DNA of 64,000 nucleotides from an uncultured Chloroflexia bacterium (GTDB lineage: Bacteria > Chloroflexota > Limnocylindria > Limnocylindrales > CSP1-4). Both the position numbers and the translations under genes were made by a program. The stretch spans positions 32,001-96,000 of the forward strand of contig CAWEYL010000002.1 in NCBI GenBank assembly GCA_963813335.1, written 5' to 3'. This document shows, piece after piece, positions 32,238-44,005 of this stretch (its first letter is position 1; the number at the start of each line of letters is the position of its first letter). Below the pieces are notes generated by a model, which did no database searches, had not been told where the DNA came from, and worked only from the letters and a program-made list of their open reading frames with translations.

Positions 32238-33567
32238 TCACTCGGCCGCCAGGCCGGGGACGGGGAACCGGGCGACGATCTCGCGGACGTCGCCGGCCAG
32301 GCGCGCCTGGACCGCCGCGTCGTCGCGGCCGCGGATCGCCTCGATGATGATCCGGCCGACCTGGCGCATCTCGTCCGCGCCGAACCCGCGCGAGGTCGTC
32401 GCCGGCGTCCCGATGCGGATGCCGGAGGCGGTGTTCGGAGGCAGGGTGTCGAACGGGATGGCGTTCTTGTTGACGGTGATCCCGATCTCGTCGAGCAGGT
32501 GCTCCGCCTCCTTGCCGGTCACGCCGAGCGGGGTGACGTCGACGAGCAGGAGGTGGTTGTCGGTGCCGCCCGAGACCACGCGGGCGCCGAGGCTCGCCGA
32601 CGGTCTCCGCCATCACGGCCGCATTGGCGACCGTCCGCCGCTGGTCCTCGCGGAAGGGCTCGCCGGCGGCCAGCTTGAAGGCGACGGCCTTGCCGGCGAT
32701 GACCTGCATCAGCGGCCCGCCCTGGGTGCCCGGGAAGACGTTCCGGTCCACGGACGCGGCGAGCGACCCCTTGACCGCCGGGAAGTCCTCCGCGTTCAGC
32801 GACGGAGGCAGCTCGTTCCGGCTGAAGATCATGCCGCCGCGCGGCCCGCGCAGCGTCTTGTGGGTGGTGGTCGTGACGAGGTCCGCGTGCGGGAACGGGC
32901 TCGGGTGGACGTCCGCCGCGACGAGGCCGGCGATGTGGGCCATGTCGACGAACAGGACCGCCCCGACGCCATGGGCGATGTCGGCCATCCGCTCGAAGTC
33001 CCAGAGGCGTGGGTAGGCGCTCGCGCCGCCGATGATGACCTTGGGGCGGACCTCCTTCGCCTGCGCCTCGAGGGCGTCGTAGTCGATGCGCTCGGTGTCC
33101 TGGCGGACCCCGTAGGCGTGCACCTCGTACAGCCGGCCGGAGAAGTTGAGCGCCATCCCGTGGGTGAGATGCCCGCCGTGGGCGAGGCTCATCCCCAGGA
33201 TCCGGTCACCGGGGTTGATCACGCTGAAGTAGGCGACCATGTTGGCCTGGGCGCCGGAATGCGGCTGGACGTTCACGTGCTCGGAGCCCGGATAGAGGGC
33301 GAGCGCCCGCTCCTGGGCGAGCCGCTCGGCGATGTCCACGAACTCGCAGCCGCCGTAGTAGCGCTTGCCCGGCAGGCCTTCGGCGTACTTGTTGGTGAGC
33401 CAGCTCCCCTGCGCCTCCATCACGGCCGCAGAGACGTAGTTCTCGCTCGCGATGAGCTCGATCTTGTCGTGCTGGCGTCGACGCTCTCCCTGCATCGCGG
33501 CCCAGATGTCGGGGTCGACCTCCGCGATCGACGCCATCGCGATCTCGCTCACCGGGGAGATGGTCAT
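32238..33567 (-). CDS. glyA: Serine hydroxymethyltransferase (one +1 frameshift near 32598)
   Basis: [32 protein letters not shown]. Confidence 0.96.
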
Positions 33568-33661
33568 CGGGGGCCGACTCCTTCCTGCCGGTGCCGCGAT
33601 CCGCCCGGCACAACCCGCGTATCTTCCCACGAACCCGACCCGCGCTGACCGAGTTCGGCCG

Positions 33662-34327
33662 TCAGGCCGGCGCCGACCCCTCGCCGAGGCCGTGCCGGAT
33701 GCCCGCCGGATCGAGCACGGCCGCCAGGCGCGACGCCGCGATAGCCCCGGGACGCAGCATCCGCGGCTCGTCGGTCGAGCAGTCGACCACCGTCGACGGA
33801 AGGCCGCCGCGGGCGGCGCCGCCGTCGAGGATAAGCTCGATCGCGTCGCCGAGGATCGCCTCGATCTCGCCGGCGTCGCGCGCCTCGGGCGCGCCGGACA
33901 CGTTGGCCGACGTGACGGGGAGCGGCCCGAGCGCGCGCGCGAGCGCGCGCGGGGATGGGTGGTCCGGCACGCGGAGGCCGATGGTGGCCGCCCCGCCGGT
34001 CAGCTCGTCCGGGAGCGCGACGTCCGGCCGCCGGCGGAGCACGATCGTCAGCCCACCCGGCCAGCAGGCGGCGGCCAGCGCCTCGGCGGCCGCGGTCATC
34101 TCGCCGAGCGCCGCGGCCTGGGCCGCGTCGTCGAGGAGCAGGACGATCCCCTTCTCGGGCGGCCGCCGCTTGACGCGGAACAGGCGCTCGATGCCACCGG
34201 GCGTGTCGAGCGCGACCGCGAGCCCGTAGACGGTGTCGGTGGGGACGGCGACGATCGAACCGGACCGCAGGGCCTCGGCGGCCGCCGCCCGGCCCCGGTC
34301 GTCGTCGGGGACGACCAGCGCGGTCAT
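33662..34327 (-). CDS. tsaC: L-threonylcarbamoyladenylate synthase (TsaC/Sua5)
   Basis: [22 protein letters not shown]. Confidence 0.93.
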   Translation of the reverse strand: MTALVVPDDDRGRAAAAEALRSGSIVAVPTDTVYGLAVALDTPGGIERLFRVKRRPPEKGIVLLLDDAAQAAALGEMTAAAEALAAACWPGGLTIVLRRRPDVALPDELTGGAATIGLRVPDHPSPRALARALGPLPVTSANVSGAPEARDAGEIEAILGDAIELILDGGAARGGLPSTVVDCSTDEPRMLRPGAIAASRLAAVLDPAGIRHGLGEGSAPA

Positions 34328-35280
34328 CCGGCGAGACCCTCCGTGGCCGCCCGTCGCGCGCGATCCGCGGCCGCGGCCAGCGTCCGTGACGCTGCCCGGG
34401 CGCCGGCCTCGTCGACGAGGACGAGCCGTTCGATCATCTCGGCGACGCCCTCGTCCGCGACGGCCGGCGCGAGGTAGCGGGCGACCGCCTGGACCGGCGC
34501 GGGCGCGGACGGCATCGCCGCCCCGTGGCCCACCTCGGCGAGCATCTCGATGTCGTTCCACTGGTCGCCGATGGCGAGCGTCGCGCCGAGCGGGATCCCG
34601 AGCCGCCGGGCGAGCCAGCGGATCGCGCGGCCCTTCGACACGCCCGGCGCCACGAACTCGAGGAAGCGCGGGTGGCTGATGGTCACGTCGGCCCGGCCCG
34701 CGAAGGCCTCGGCCGCGGCCGGTGCCAGCTCGGTGGGGAGCGGCGGTTCGCCGACCGCGAGGATCTTGGTGATCGGGTGGTCGATCGCCTCGAGGAGGTC
34801 CGGCACCAGCTCGGCCCGGGCGCCCATGAACGCGGAGTAATCGTCGGCGCGCGGGTCGTCGGCGCGGAGGATGAACCGCTCGAGGTGGTTGAGGTGCGGG
34901 TCCAGCCCGTGCTCGCGGGTCCAGGTCACGATCGCCCGCGCGACCGAGGCGGACAGCGGCGTATGCACCAGCAGCCGGCCGACCCTCGCCGACCCGGCCG
35001 CGGGCATGGCCCGGATCAGGCCGCCCTGGTAGCCGACGATCGGGTCGGTCAGGCCCAGCTCGCCGGCGAACCGCATCGCGCTCGAGACCATCCGCCCGGT
35101 CACCAGGGAGACCGCGACGCCCCGGGCCTTGGCGGCGCGGACCGCTTCGATCGTCCGCGTCCCGACGACCAGGTCGTCGCCCACCAGGGTCCCGTCGATG
35201 TCGAGGGCGACCAGGCGGATCGGGAACGCCGGGTCGGCCCCGCGGATCGTCGCGGCCCGCGTGCCGTCCTGGAGGCTCAT
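34324..35280 (-). CDS. Cof-type HAD-IIB hydrolase
   Basis: DIDGTL, TGR, SKG, GDQWNDIEML. Confidence 0.93.
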   Translation of the reverse strand: MSLQDGTRAATIRGADPAFPIRLVALDIDGTLVGDDLVVGTRTIEAVRAAKARGVAVSLVTGRMVSSAMRFAGELGLTDPIVGYQGGLIRAMPAAGSARVGRLLVHTPLSASVARAIVTWTREHGLDPHLNHLERFILRADDPRADDYSAFMGARAELVPDLLEAIDHPITKILAVGEPPLPTELAPAAAEAFAGRADVTISHPRFLEFVAPGVSKGRAIRWLARRLGIPLGATLAIGDQWNDIEMLAEVGHGAAMPSAPAPVQAVARYLAPAVADEGVAEMIERLVLVDEAGARAASRTLAAAADRARRAATEGLAG

Positions 35281-36179
35281 CGCGGACCTCGATCGATGAC
35301 GGCCACCCGCGGCAGGCCGGCGAGGTCCAGCTCGACGCGGCATGTCCAGCCGTCGAGTCGCGCCCCGACCGCCGCGACGATCGCCTCGCCCTGGTCCGCC
35401 CCGATCTCGAGCAGCGCGATCCCGTCGTCGGCGAGGACCCGCGGCAACAGGTCCAGCAGGCGGCCGATCACCTCGAGGCCGTCCGCCCCGCCGTCCAGGG
35501 CGAGGGGCGGCTCGAAGGTCGTGGCGGCCGGGAGCGCCGTCATCGCGTCGGCGCGCACGTACGGCAGGTTGGCGACCACGATGTCCCAGGCGCGGTCCTC
35601 CGCCGGCGGGACGAGATCGGCGGCCGTGAACCGCAGCCGATCGCCGACGCCATGCGCCACCGCGTTCTCCCGCGCCAGGTCGAGCGCGTCCGGCGAGATG
35701 TCCACGGCCAGGATCACGACCTCCTCGGCCGGGACGCGCCGTCGGCGCAGATCGGCGGCGATGGCGATCACGATCGCGCCGCTCCCCGTCCCCACGTCGA
35801 GGACCCGGAGCTCCTGGCCCGGTATGCGCCCGCCGAGGGCCAGCCGCCGCATGATCTCCTCGAGCGCGAGGTCGACGAGACGCTCCGTCTCCGGGCGCGG
35901 GATGAGCGCCCGGGCGTCGACGGTGAAGGCGAGCCCGTGGAACTCCTTGATGCCGCGGATGTAGGCGACCGGCTCGCCCGCCAGCCGCCGCTCGAGCGCG
36001 GCCCGGAACGTGCCCTCCGCGCCGGGCCCCACCGCCGCGTCGGGATGGGCCGTGATGGTGGTCCGCTCGACCCCGACGGCGTGGCCCAGCAGCAGCTCGG
36101 CATCGAGGCGGGGGGTCTCCATGCCGGCCGCGCGAAGGCGTTCGATGGCCTCGGCGAGCAGCGGCGCGATCGTCGTCAC
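35277..36179 (-). CDS. prmC: Release factor glutamine methyltransferase
   Basis: LIPRPETE, DVGTGSG, NLPY. Confidence 0.95.
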   Translation of the reverse strand: MTTIAPLLAEAIERLRAAGMETPRLDAELLLGHAVGVERTTITAHPDAAVGPGAEGTFRAALERRLAGEPVAYIRGIKEFHGLAFTVDARALIPRPETERLVDLALEEIMRRLALGGRIPGQELRVLDVGTGSGAIVIAIAADLRRRRVPAEEVVILAVDISPDALDLARENAVAHGVGDRLRFTAADLVPPAEDRAWDIVVANLPYVRADAMTALPAATTFEPPLALDGGADGLEVIGRLLDLLPRVLADDGIALLEIGADQGEAIVAAVGARLDGWTCRVELDLAGLPRVAVIDRGPR

Positions 36180-36192
36180 CGGCGGACCGCGC

Positions 36193-38460
36193 TCAGAGCC
36201 GGATCGTCACGTCGAGGTCGCCGACCTTGCGAAGGACCTCGGCACTCGTGGTCCCGCGCCAGCGGTGGAACAGGAGGTCCACCGACGCCTCGCCGACGCG
36301 CAGGTTCGTCAGCGTCACGCGGCCGAGCCAGTCGGGGAGGCGCGGGTGGCGCAGCTCCAGCTCGCCCCGGTCCGCGTGCGCCCGCACGCCCAGCATCGTC
36401 GAGAGGAAGAGGAACGAGGAGGCCGCCGCCCACGCCTGCGGCGAGCAGGCGACCGGGTACGGGACGGGGATGTGCGCGTGCTCGCGGTCGAAGCCGCAGA
36501 AGAGCTCGGGCAGGCGGTACTCGTCGAACCGCTGGGCCGCCTCCAGGACCTGGCTGACCACGCGGTTGGATGCGTCGTCGAAGCCATAGCGCTTCATCCC
36601 GGCCGCGATCAGCGACGTGTCGTGCGGCCAGACCGACCCGGTGTGGTAGCCGATCGGGTTGTAGCCGGGCTGGTCCTGCGCGTACGTCCGGATCCCCCAG
36701 CCGGAGAACATCGTCGGCCCGAGCAGCCGGTCCACGACATCGGCCGCCCGCTCCTGGCTGACGATCCCGGTCCACAGGCACTGCCCGGCATTCGAGCCGA
36801 TGGCATCGGCCGGGCGCTTGTCGCGGTCGAGCGCCAGCGCGTAGTAGCGCTGGTCCTCCACCCAGAACGCGTCCTCGAAGCGCTGGCGCAGCGTCTCCGC
36901 ATCTGCTTCCAGCTGGGTCGCCAGCGACGCGTCGCCGCGGACGCGGGCCAGGCCGGCCAGCCGCCGCTTCGCGTCGAAGACATAGCCCTGGACCTCGGCG
37001 AGCGCGATCGGCGGCACGGCCTCCGCCCCGTCGCGGTCGCGGATGGCGTCGCTCGAATCCTTCCAGCCCTGGTTCAGGAGGCCGCGCTCCGAGCGGCGCT
37101 CGTACTCGACGAACCCGTCGCCGTCGCGGTCGCCGTAGCGGTCGATCCAGTCGAGTGCGGCCATCGCATTCGGCCAGAGTCGGTCCAGCATGGCCCGGTC
37201 GCCGGTCCAGTCGAAGGTCTCGCCGAGGAGGATCAGCCACAGCGGCGTCGAATCCACCGAGCCGAAGTACGGCGTGTGCGGCAGCTCGCCGGCGCCCGCC
37301 ATCTCGCCGGTCCGCAGCTCGTGCAGGATCTTGCCGGGCTCGGCGTCGCGGCGGTCGTCGACCTCCGTAGCCTGGTAGGCCGCCAGCACGGACAGCGTCT
37401 CCACCGCGACCTGCGGCCGGAAGGCGACGGACTGGAACGACGCGATGATCGAATCGCGTCCGAAGAGGGTCGCGAACCACGGGACGCCCGCCGCGATGTA
37501 GCGCTGGTCCGGTCCGGGACCGTCGTTGACGAGCAGCCGCAGGTCGTTCACCGAGCGGTGCATCACGAGGTCGAAGAGCTCGTGGTCGCTGTCGACGGTC
37601 GTCGTCCCGTGCTCCCACGCTCGATACGCGGCGGCCCCCTCGTCGCCCGAGACGTGCGGCGGCTCGGGGAAGAGCGACGCCGCGTCCGGCTCGGCGGCGG
37701 CATCGGGCGGGGTGGGTGCCGTGTCCGCCCAGACCGTCCATTGCAGCTCGCCGACGGCGCGCGGCTCCAGGACCATGTTCCAGCGCAGCCGCACCGTCGC
37801 GCCGGTGTCGAGCGGATCGGCCGGCATCGCCGCGACCTCGCCGATCTCGGCGGCCCCCTCCGAGAACGCCACGAACGTGCTGCGCCGCACGCCGTCGAGG
37901 CCGTCGTAGCGGAAGGTGATGCGATCCGGGGTGACCGCCACGGGCAGGAGCGTCCCGCGGGTGGCGCGCGGATACCCGCGCACCTCGAAGATGTCGGCGT
38001 CGTCCGCCCCCATGTCGATCTCGACCGGGATCGTGACCTGCCGGCTCGCGTGGTTGACGATGCGGAGGCGCTCCTCGAGGGCCCCGTTCCCGATCAGCCG
38101 GTCGCGCGAGATCCCGATCGTCCGCCCGACGAGGTCGTCGAGCGGGTGGACCTTCATGTCCGGGTTGCGGTCGGCCGACGGGTTGGTCAGCTGGATGCTG
38201 CCGCGGTAGTTGCCGCCCATCGACCCCTGGAGGAGCACCGGTCGCTCGCCGCCGACGTGGAGCACGGAGCAGGACAGCAGCCGCGTGTCCGTGCGGTACA
38301 GGCCGAGGCCCCGCGAATCGGGGTGGATGTCGCCGAACTGGTCCGTCAGCAGGTAGACGTTGCCGTGCTTGAGGACCTGGACCGAGCCGAGGTCGGTCGC
38401 CCGCGCGATCGGCCGGACGCGCGGCTCGATGAACCGCACGGCGGCGTCAGGCGGCGTCAT
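36193..38460 (-). CDS. Amylo-alpha-1,6-glucosidase / glycogen debranching family protein
   Basis: [51 protein letters not shown]. Confidence 0.9.
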   Translation of the reverse strand: MTPPDAAVRFIEPRVRPIARATDLGSVQVLKHGNVYLLTDQFGDIHPDSRGLGLYRTDTRLLSCSVLHVGGERPVLLQGSMGGNYRGSIQLTNPSADRNPDMKVHPLDDLVGRTIGISRDRLIGNGALEERLRIVNHASRQVTIPVEIDMGADDADIFEVRGYPRATRGTLLPVAVTPDRITFRYDGLDGVRRSTFVAFSEGAAEIGEVAAMPADPLDTGATVRLRWNMVLEPRAVGELQWTVWADTAPTPPDAAAEPDAASLFPEPPHVSGDEGAAAYRAWEHGTTTVDSDHELFDLVMHRSVNDLRLLVNDGPGPDQRYIAAGVPWFATLFGRDSIIASFQSVAFRPQVAVETLSVLAAYQATEVDDRRDAEPGKILHELRTGEMAGAGELPHTPYFGSVDSTPLWLILLGETFDWTGDRAMLDRLWPNAMAALDWIDRYGDRDGDGFVEYERRSERGLLNQGWKDSSDAIRDRDGAEAVPPIALAEVQGYVFDAKRRLAGLARVRGDASLATQLEADAETLRQRFEDAFWVEDQRYYALALDRDKRPADAIGSNAGQCLWTGIVSQERAADVVDRLLGPTMFSGWGIRTYAQDQPGYNPIGYHTGSVWPHDTSLIAAGMKRYGFDDASNRVVSQVLEAAQRFDEYRLPELFCGFDREHAHIPVPYPVACSPQAWAAASSFLFLSTMLGVRAHADRGELELRHPRLPDWLGRVTLTNLRVGEASVDLLFHRWRGTTSAEVLRKVGDLDVTIRL

Positions 38461-39548
38461 CGGCGCCGGCGATGTCGTTGAGCCGGTCGGCCTGGTCGGC
38501 CATGACGAGCGCGTCGATGAGCGGGTCGATCTGGCCCTGCAGGACGCCCGGCACGTCGTGGACGGTCTGCCCGATGCGGTGGTCGGTGACCCGGTTGTCG
38601 GGGAAGTTGTAGGTCCGGATCTTCTCGGAGCGGTCGCCGGACCCGACCATCGAGCGGCGCGTCGCCGAGTCCGCGGCGCGCTGCTCCTGCTGCTTGAGGT
38701 CGAGCAGCCGCGAGCGCAGGACCGACATCGCCTTGGCCTTGTTCTTGTGCTGGCTCTTCTCGTCCTGGATCTCGACCACCAGGCCGGTCGGCAGGTGCGT
38801 GATCCGGACGGCGGAGTCGGTCGTGTTCACCGACTGGCCGCCGGGCCCGGACGAGCGCTTGACGTCGATGCGGAGGTCGCGCTCCTCGTCGATCTCGACC
38901 TCGACCTCGTCGGCCTCGGGCATGACGATCACGGTCGCCGTGGACGTGTGGATGCGCCCCGACGACTCGGTCGAGGGGACGCGCTGGACGCGATGGACGC
39001 CGCCCTCGAACTTGAGCCGGCTGTACGCGCCGTCGCCGGCGATCTCGACGATCGCCTCCTTGATCCCGCCGATGCCGGTCTCGTTGAGCGAGAGGACCTC
39101 GGCCGGGAACTTGTGGCGCGTCGGCATAGCGCAGGTACATCCGCAGCAGCTCGTTCGCGAAGAGCGCCGCCTCCTCGCCACCGGCGCCGGCCCGGATCTC
39201 GAGGATGACGTCGCGGTCGTCGTTGGGGTCGCGCGGCAGGAGCAGGACCTTGAGCTCCTCGAGCAGGCGCGTCTCGTCGGCCTCGAGCCGGTCGATCTCG
39301 TCGCGCGCCATCGCGTGCATCTCGTCGCCCGCGTCGCTCGCGTCGCGCAGCTCGCGCGCGCCGGCGAGCTCGGCCTGGACGGCCTGGAGTCGCCGGAACG
39401 CCTCGACCGTGGGCTCCAGGCGGGCCAGCTCCTGGCCGAGCCGGCGGATCTCGGAGGGGTCCGAGGTCACCTCCGGCCGACCGAGGTCGTTCTGGACCTC
39501 GTCGTATCGACGCGCGACCTCGGCCAGCTTCGCGTCGAGCTCGCTCAT
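38447..39548 (-). CDS. prfA: Peptide chain release factor 1 (one +1 frameshift near 39120)
   Basis: [14 protein letters not shown] recognition loop, GGQ, RTYN. Confidence 0.95.
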
Positions 39549-40524
39549 GACCCCGACGGCGGGTCGCCCGGGGTCGGATGCCGCGGGCGGCGGGCCGGCT
39601 GCGCGGCCGAGCTGCATCGGCTCCCGCTCGAACGGGGTCGAGCCGTCCGGGATGGACTCGCCGTCGGCCTCGAGCGCCTGCTCCATCGACACGATGGCGA
39701 CCTCGATCATGTCGTCGCTGGGCTGCTTGGTGGTGATCATCTGGACGAGCAGGCCCGGGTAGAGCAGGACCTTCACGACCGGGTTCTTGCGGTGGCGCGC
39801 CCCGAACTTGAGGAGCTCGTAGCCGACGGCGGCGATCACCGGGATCAGCACGATCCGGCTGAGCGATCATCACCGCCACGCTCTGCCGGCCGACCAGCGA
39901 GAACGCGAGGATCGAGAGCAGGACCACGATGACCAGGAACTCGGTGCCGCAGCGCTGGTGGGCGGTCGGGTACTTGCGGACCTCGCCGACGGTCAGCGGG
40001 TCGCCGGCCTCGAGCGCGTGGATCGTCATGTGCTCGGCGCCGTGGTACTGGAACACGCGGTGGATGTCGGGCGAGCGGCTGATGAGCACGAGGTAGCCGA
40101 GCAGCAGGGCCACCCGGATCAGCCCTTCGAACAGGTGCTGGACGAGGCCGTTGTCGACGCTCGCGGTGGTCACGCTCGCGATGAACAGCGGCAGCAGGAA
40201 GAAGAACCCGATGCCGAAGACGGCGGTGATGGTCAGCATCAGCGCGACGGACCAGCGGCCAAGCTCGAGGCCCTCGCCGCTGGCCTGCAGGTTCGCGCTG
40301 CGGATCAGCCAGCGCGTGCCGACGACCAGCGTCTCGTAGAGGACGACCAGCCCGCGGACGAGCGGCCACTTCGACCACGGCTTCGCGTGGAACCCGGCAT
40401 CGAGGCGCTCGGTCGCCCAGACGATCTGGCCGTCGGGGTGTCGGAACGCGACCGCGATCGCGTCGCGACCGCGCATCAGGACGCCTTCCATGAGCGCCTG
40501 GCCGCCGTAGGTGTACGTGGGCAT
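39545..40524 (-). CDS. DUF1385 family membrane protein (two apparent +1 frameshifts)
   Basis: GGQALMEGVLMR, YHGAEH, RCGT, TTKQP; usual rpmE-DUF1385-prfA context. Confidence 0.85.
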
Positions 40525-40557
40525 GTGCCGAAGTCTACCGGCCGGCCGGGAATCGGA

Positions 40558-40581
40558 ACGGCGGGCCCGGAGGCCCGCCGT
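40558..40581 (-). terminator. Hairpin downstream of rpmE
   Basis: 10-bp stem ACGGCGGGCC/GGCCCGCCGT. Confidence 0.55.
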
Positions 40582-40613
40582 CGGTTCGTGTCCGGATGGT
40601 GGACGCGATGGGG

Positions 40614-40826
40614 CTAGCTGCGGACCTGGCGCTCGAGGCGCTTCTGGAAGCGCTCGACCTGGCCGGCGGTGTCGATGATGGTCTGCTTGCCCGTGAAGAA
40701 CGGGTGGCAGTTGGAGCACACGTCGACGCGCAGCTCCGGTCGCGTGGACCCGACGGTCCACTCGGTGCCGCACGAGCCGCAGTGGACCTTGGCCTCGTAA
40801 TACTTGGGATGGATATCGGGCTTCAC
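40614..40826 (-). CDS. rpmE: 50S ribosomal protein L31 (zinc-binding type)
   Basis: [21 protein letters not shown]. Confidence 0.97.
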   Translation of the reverse strand: MKPDIHPKYYEAKVHCGSCGTEWTVGSTRPELRVDVCSNCHPFFTGKQTIIDTAGQVERFQKRLERQVRS

Positions 40827-40901
40827 GGTGTGTACTCCTCCGAACGCCGTCCGTGCAGGGCCATGTGCCCCGCCGGTGGTCGCCGGCTCGATCCGGTCTG
40901 G

Positions 40902-41177
40902 CTAGGCGCTCGCCGTCGCGGTCTCCACCGCGTCGACCCGGATGCGCTTCTTGTCCTTGGTGGCGTGCTCGAACTTGACCTTGCCGGTGACCGTGGCGAA
41001 GACCGTGTAGTCCTTGCCGAGACCCGTGCCCGGGCCGGCGAGGAAGGTCATGCCGCGCTGGCGGACGATGATCGAGCCGGCGGTGACGAGCTGGCCGTCG
41101 CCGGCCTTGACGCCGAGCCGCTGGCCGACGCTGTCGCGGCCGTTCTTGACGCTGCCGCCCGCCTTCTTGTGTGCCAT
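40902..41177 (-). CDS. rpmA: 50S ribosomal protein L27
   Basis: [14 protein letters not shown]...RLGVK. Confidence 0.97.
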   Translation of the reverse strand: MAHKKAGGSVKNGRDSVGQRLGVKAGDGQLVTAGSIIVRQRGMTFLAGPGTGLGKDYTVFATVTGKVKFEHATKDKKRIRVDAVETATASA

Positions 41178-41182
41178 CTCGT

Positions 41183-41876
41183 CTACTCGTCCTTCTTGGT
41201 GGCCGGGGCCTTCTTCGGCGCCTTGGCCGGAGCCTCCGCCGCGTCGGCGGAGCCCGCCTTGGCCGTCGTCTTCGGGGCCGCCTTCGCCTTGGGCTCGGCG
41301 GCGGGCTTGGTCGTCTTCGTCGCGGTCGCCTTGGCGGGGGCCGCCTTGGCCGTCGTCTTGGTCTCGGTCTTGGCGTCGGCCTTCGCCGGCTTCTCGGCCG
41401 TCGCGGCCTTGGCCTTCGGCTCGGCGGCCGCGCGTGCCGACCGCGAGCTTGGCGGCGAGCTCGGCGTCCTTGGCGGCCTGGGCGTCGGCGGCCTCGACGG
41501 CCTTCCGGCGCTCGGCCGATGCGGCGGCCTTGGCCTTGCCGTCGGCCTCGGCGGCGCTCTTGCCGGCGAGCACGATGTCGCTGATGCGCAGGACCGTCAG
41601 CTCCTGGCGGTGGCCCTTCTTGACGCGGCTGCGCGCCTTCGGGCGGTACTTGAAGGAGATGAGCTTCGGGCCGCGGGTCTGGGTGACGACTTCGGCGCTG
41701 ACCGACGCGTTCTCGACCACCGGGCGGCCGATCGCGGAGGTGTCGCCGTCGGCGACGAGCAGGACGCGATCAAGGGTGATCGTCTTGCCAGGCTCGACGT
41801 CGAGAAGCTCGACCTCGAGCTCGGTGCCGACCTCGACGCGATACTGCTTCCCGCCGGTCTCGATGACTGCGTACAT
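41183..41876 (-). CDS. rplU: 50S ribosomal protein L21 with Ala/Lys-rich C-terminal extension (one +1 frameshift near 41440)
   Basis: [16 protein letters not shown]; restored tail ends ...[10 protein letters not shown] stop. Confidence 0.93.
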
Positions 41877-42003
41877 GGGTCCTCAGGGATCTGTGTGATG
41901 CGACGGCGGGCGACGCGCGTGGCGATCGGGTCGTCGGACATGGGATGACGCCCGGCAGGGCCGAGGCGCGGACCGCGAAGTCTACGGCTCCACGCACGAA
42001 TGG

Positions 42004-42731
42004 TCAATCGTGAGGGGTGTCACCCTCCCCGGACAGGATGACGCGTTCGCGCACGATCTCCTCGATCACGAGGTCGTGGCTGAGCTCATCGGCGAGGGCG
42101 GCGACGACCTCCTCGGGGCGCCCGTTGCCGAGCTGAGGATCGAAGCGGGTGCGCACGCGAAGCACGACCGCCGGCCCGCCATCGACCACCTCGATCGATT
42201 CGAGCAGCGGCCGAAGGTCGTAGCGGATGCTCGAACCGCCCTTGTCGCGGGTCCGGAACAGGCTGCGGGCCGCCGATGACCCGTGCCGCCGCACCCGCGA
42301 GCGCGGGCGCGTCCACTCCCCCGCCAAGCACGATCCGGTAGTCCGCCGCGCAGACCGCGGCCGCGAGCGCCGGCGCCCCGAGCCACACGTCGACGAGGTC
42401 CGTCAGCGACCAGCCCGGCAGCATCGCGCCGACCACGGCCTCCCGGGCACGCCACGCCGGCCAGCGCTCGACGAGCACGACGTCCATCAGCTCGGCCTCG
42501 GCCGCCATCCCGACCGGCAGCGGCGCCGCGAACGCGACCGGCGACTTCGGCTTCGACCCGGCGCCCGCGCGCGCCAGCGGCAGCCCGACGGCCGCCAGCG
42601 CCGCCTCCCACGCCTCGTTCAGCTCGCGACCCGCCAGTCGCGGAGCGTCCGGGACCGCGCGCGAGCGTGAGCCGCCATCGCTGACGCGGCTCGGGGATCG
42701 CCGCGGGTGCGGGCTCGGGAGGGGGGTCCAC
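42004..42731 (-). CDS. DUF2344 / radical-SAM-linked family protein (two +1 frameshifts)
   Basis: RQRWRL...GLPL...FAAPLPVG...E..D; YDLRP; family recognised from memory. Confidence 0.7.
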
Positions 42732-42751
42732 GTCTGGTAGTCTGCGGCACG

Positions 42752-44005
42752 ATGGACGACCCCGCCCGTCCCGCTCCGACCCCATCGACGGGGGCGCTGA
42801 CGGGGGCCGCGACCGGCGACGCGACGGTCGCCCTCCCACCACCCCCGTTCCTTCGGCCCGCGGTCGACGGCGACGCCCCCCGCTTCGTGCCGGTCTCGCC
42901 GCGCGTGGTCGTCCTCATCGCGGCCGCGGCGGTCCTCGGTCTCGTCCTGTGGATGGCGCGCGACAGCCTCCGCCCGTTCATCGTGGGGCTGCTGCTCGTC
43001 TACCTGCTCGACGGGCCGATCAACCGCCTGGCGCGCCGCGGCGTCCGCCGCCCGCTGGCGATCCTCATCGTCTACGTCATCGCCCTCGTCGCCTTCGTCG
43101 CCTTCATGGCGATCACGCTGACCCCGCTCATCAACGAGATCCTGCGATTCGCGGCGGATTTCCCGCACCTGGCCGAGCAGCTGAACCAGCGCATCCAGGA
43201 CCTGTCCGATTACTACTCGCACCTGCAGATCCCGCCGGCCATCCGCGACTGGATCGACTCGCTGATCGCGGGCCTCCAGAACGGCCAGCCGGGTGCCGGG
43301 CTTAACCTGGCGCTCCTGCTGCCGCTGATCACCGGCGCCGGCAGCCTGATCGGCGCGATCTTCGGTTACGTGATCCTGCCCGTTTGGGTGTTCTACCTGC
43401 TCAAGGACCGCGCGGCCCTCGTCAACGCCTTCGACCGGGCGCTGCCGGCCTCCTGGCGGTTCGACACGTGGGTCCTGCTGCGCACCGTCGAGCGCGTCTT
43501 CGGCCAGTGGGTCCGCGGCCAACTGGTCCTCGGCTTCGCGGTCGGGGTCTTGACGTTCGTCGGGCTGATCATCCTCAGCCGCACGGTGGACCCGATCTTC
43601 GGCCGGTACGCGATCCTGCTCTCGGTGATCGCCGGTGTCCTCGAGCTGCTGCCGATCATCGGGCCGATCATCTCGGCGGTCCCGGCGGTCCTGCTCGCGG
43701 CCACGGTCGGCATCGAGGCGGTCGTCGCCGCGCTGGTCCTGTACACGCTGGTCCAGCAGATCGAGAACAACTTCCTCGTGCCCAAGATCCAGGGCGACGC
43801 GACGGACCTCCACCCGGCGGCGGTCATGTTCGCGATCATCATGGGCGGGGCGCTCGCGGGACTCCTCGGCGCGATCCTGGCGCTGCCCATCGCCGCCGCG
43901 GGGCGGGACGTGTTCCGCTACCTCTTCCGACGCATGAGCCCGGACGACCCCGAGGCGCTCGCGGCGCTGGTCGCCAAGGTGGGAGCGACGCCGGTCGATG
44001 GCTGA
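42752..44005 (+). CDS. AI-2E family transporter
   Basis: WVRGQL, PIIGP, QQIENN..VP.I.G, LHP, GAILALP. Confidence 0.92.
   Translation: MDDPARPAPTPSTGALTGAATGDATVALPPPPFLRPAVDGDAPRFVPVSPRVVVLIAAAAVLGLVLWMARDSLRPFIVGLLLVYLLDGPINRLARRGVRRPLAILIVYVIALVAFVAFMAITLTPLINEILRFAADFPHLAEQLNQRIQDLSDYYSHLQIPPAIRDWIDSLIAGLQNGQPGAGLNLALLLPLITGAGSLIGAIFGYVILPVWVFYLLKDRAALVNAFDRALPASWRFDTWVLLRTVERVFGQWVRGQLVLGFAVGVLTFVGLIILSRTVDPIFGRYAILLSVIAGVLELLPIIGPIISAVPAVLLAATVGIEAVVAALVLYTLVQQIENNFLVPKIQGDATDLHPAAVMFAIIMGGALAGLLGAILALPIAAAGRDVFRYLFRRMSPDDPEALAALVAKVGATPVDG

Noticed and set aside
33568-33661. ZMP/ZTP or other riboswitch upstream of glyA
   Set aside because: Conserved aptamer motifs not recognisable by eye
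38457-39851. Apparent DUF1385-RF1 in-frame fusion
   Set aside because: Length arithmetic fits one more +1 error and the usual ATGA overlap at 39545-39548
40902-41876. Apparent L21-L27 fusion
   Set aside because: A single insertion near 41440 explains it; the corrected L21 ends at TAG 41183 and L27 has its own start
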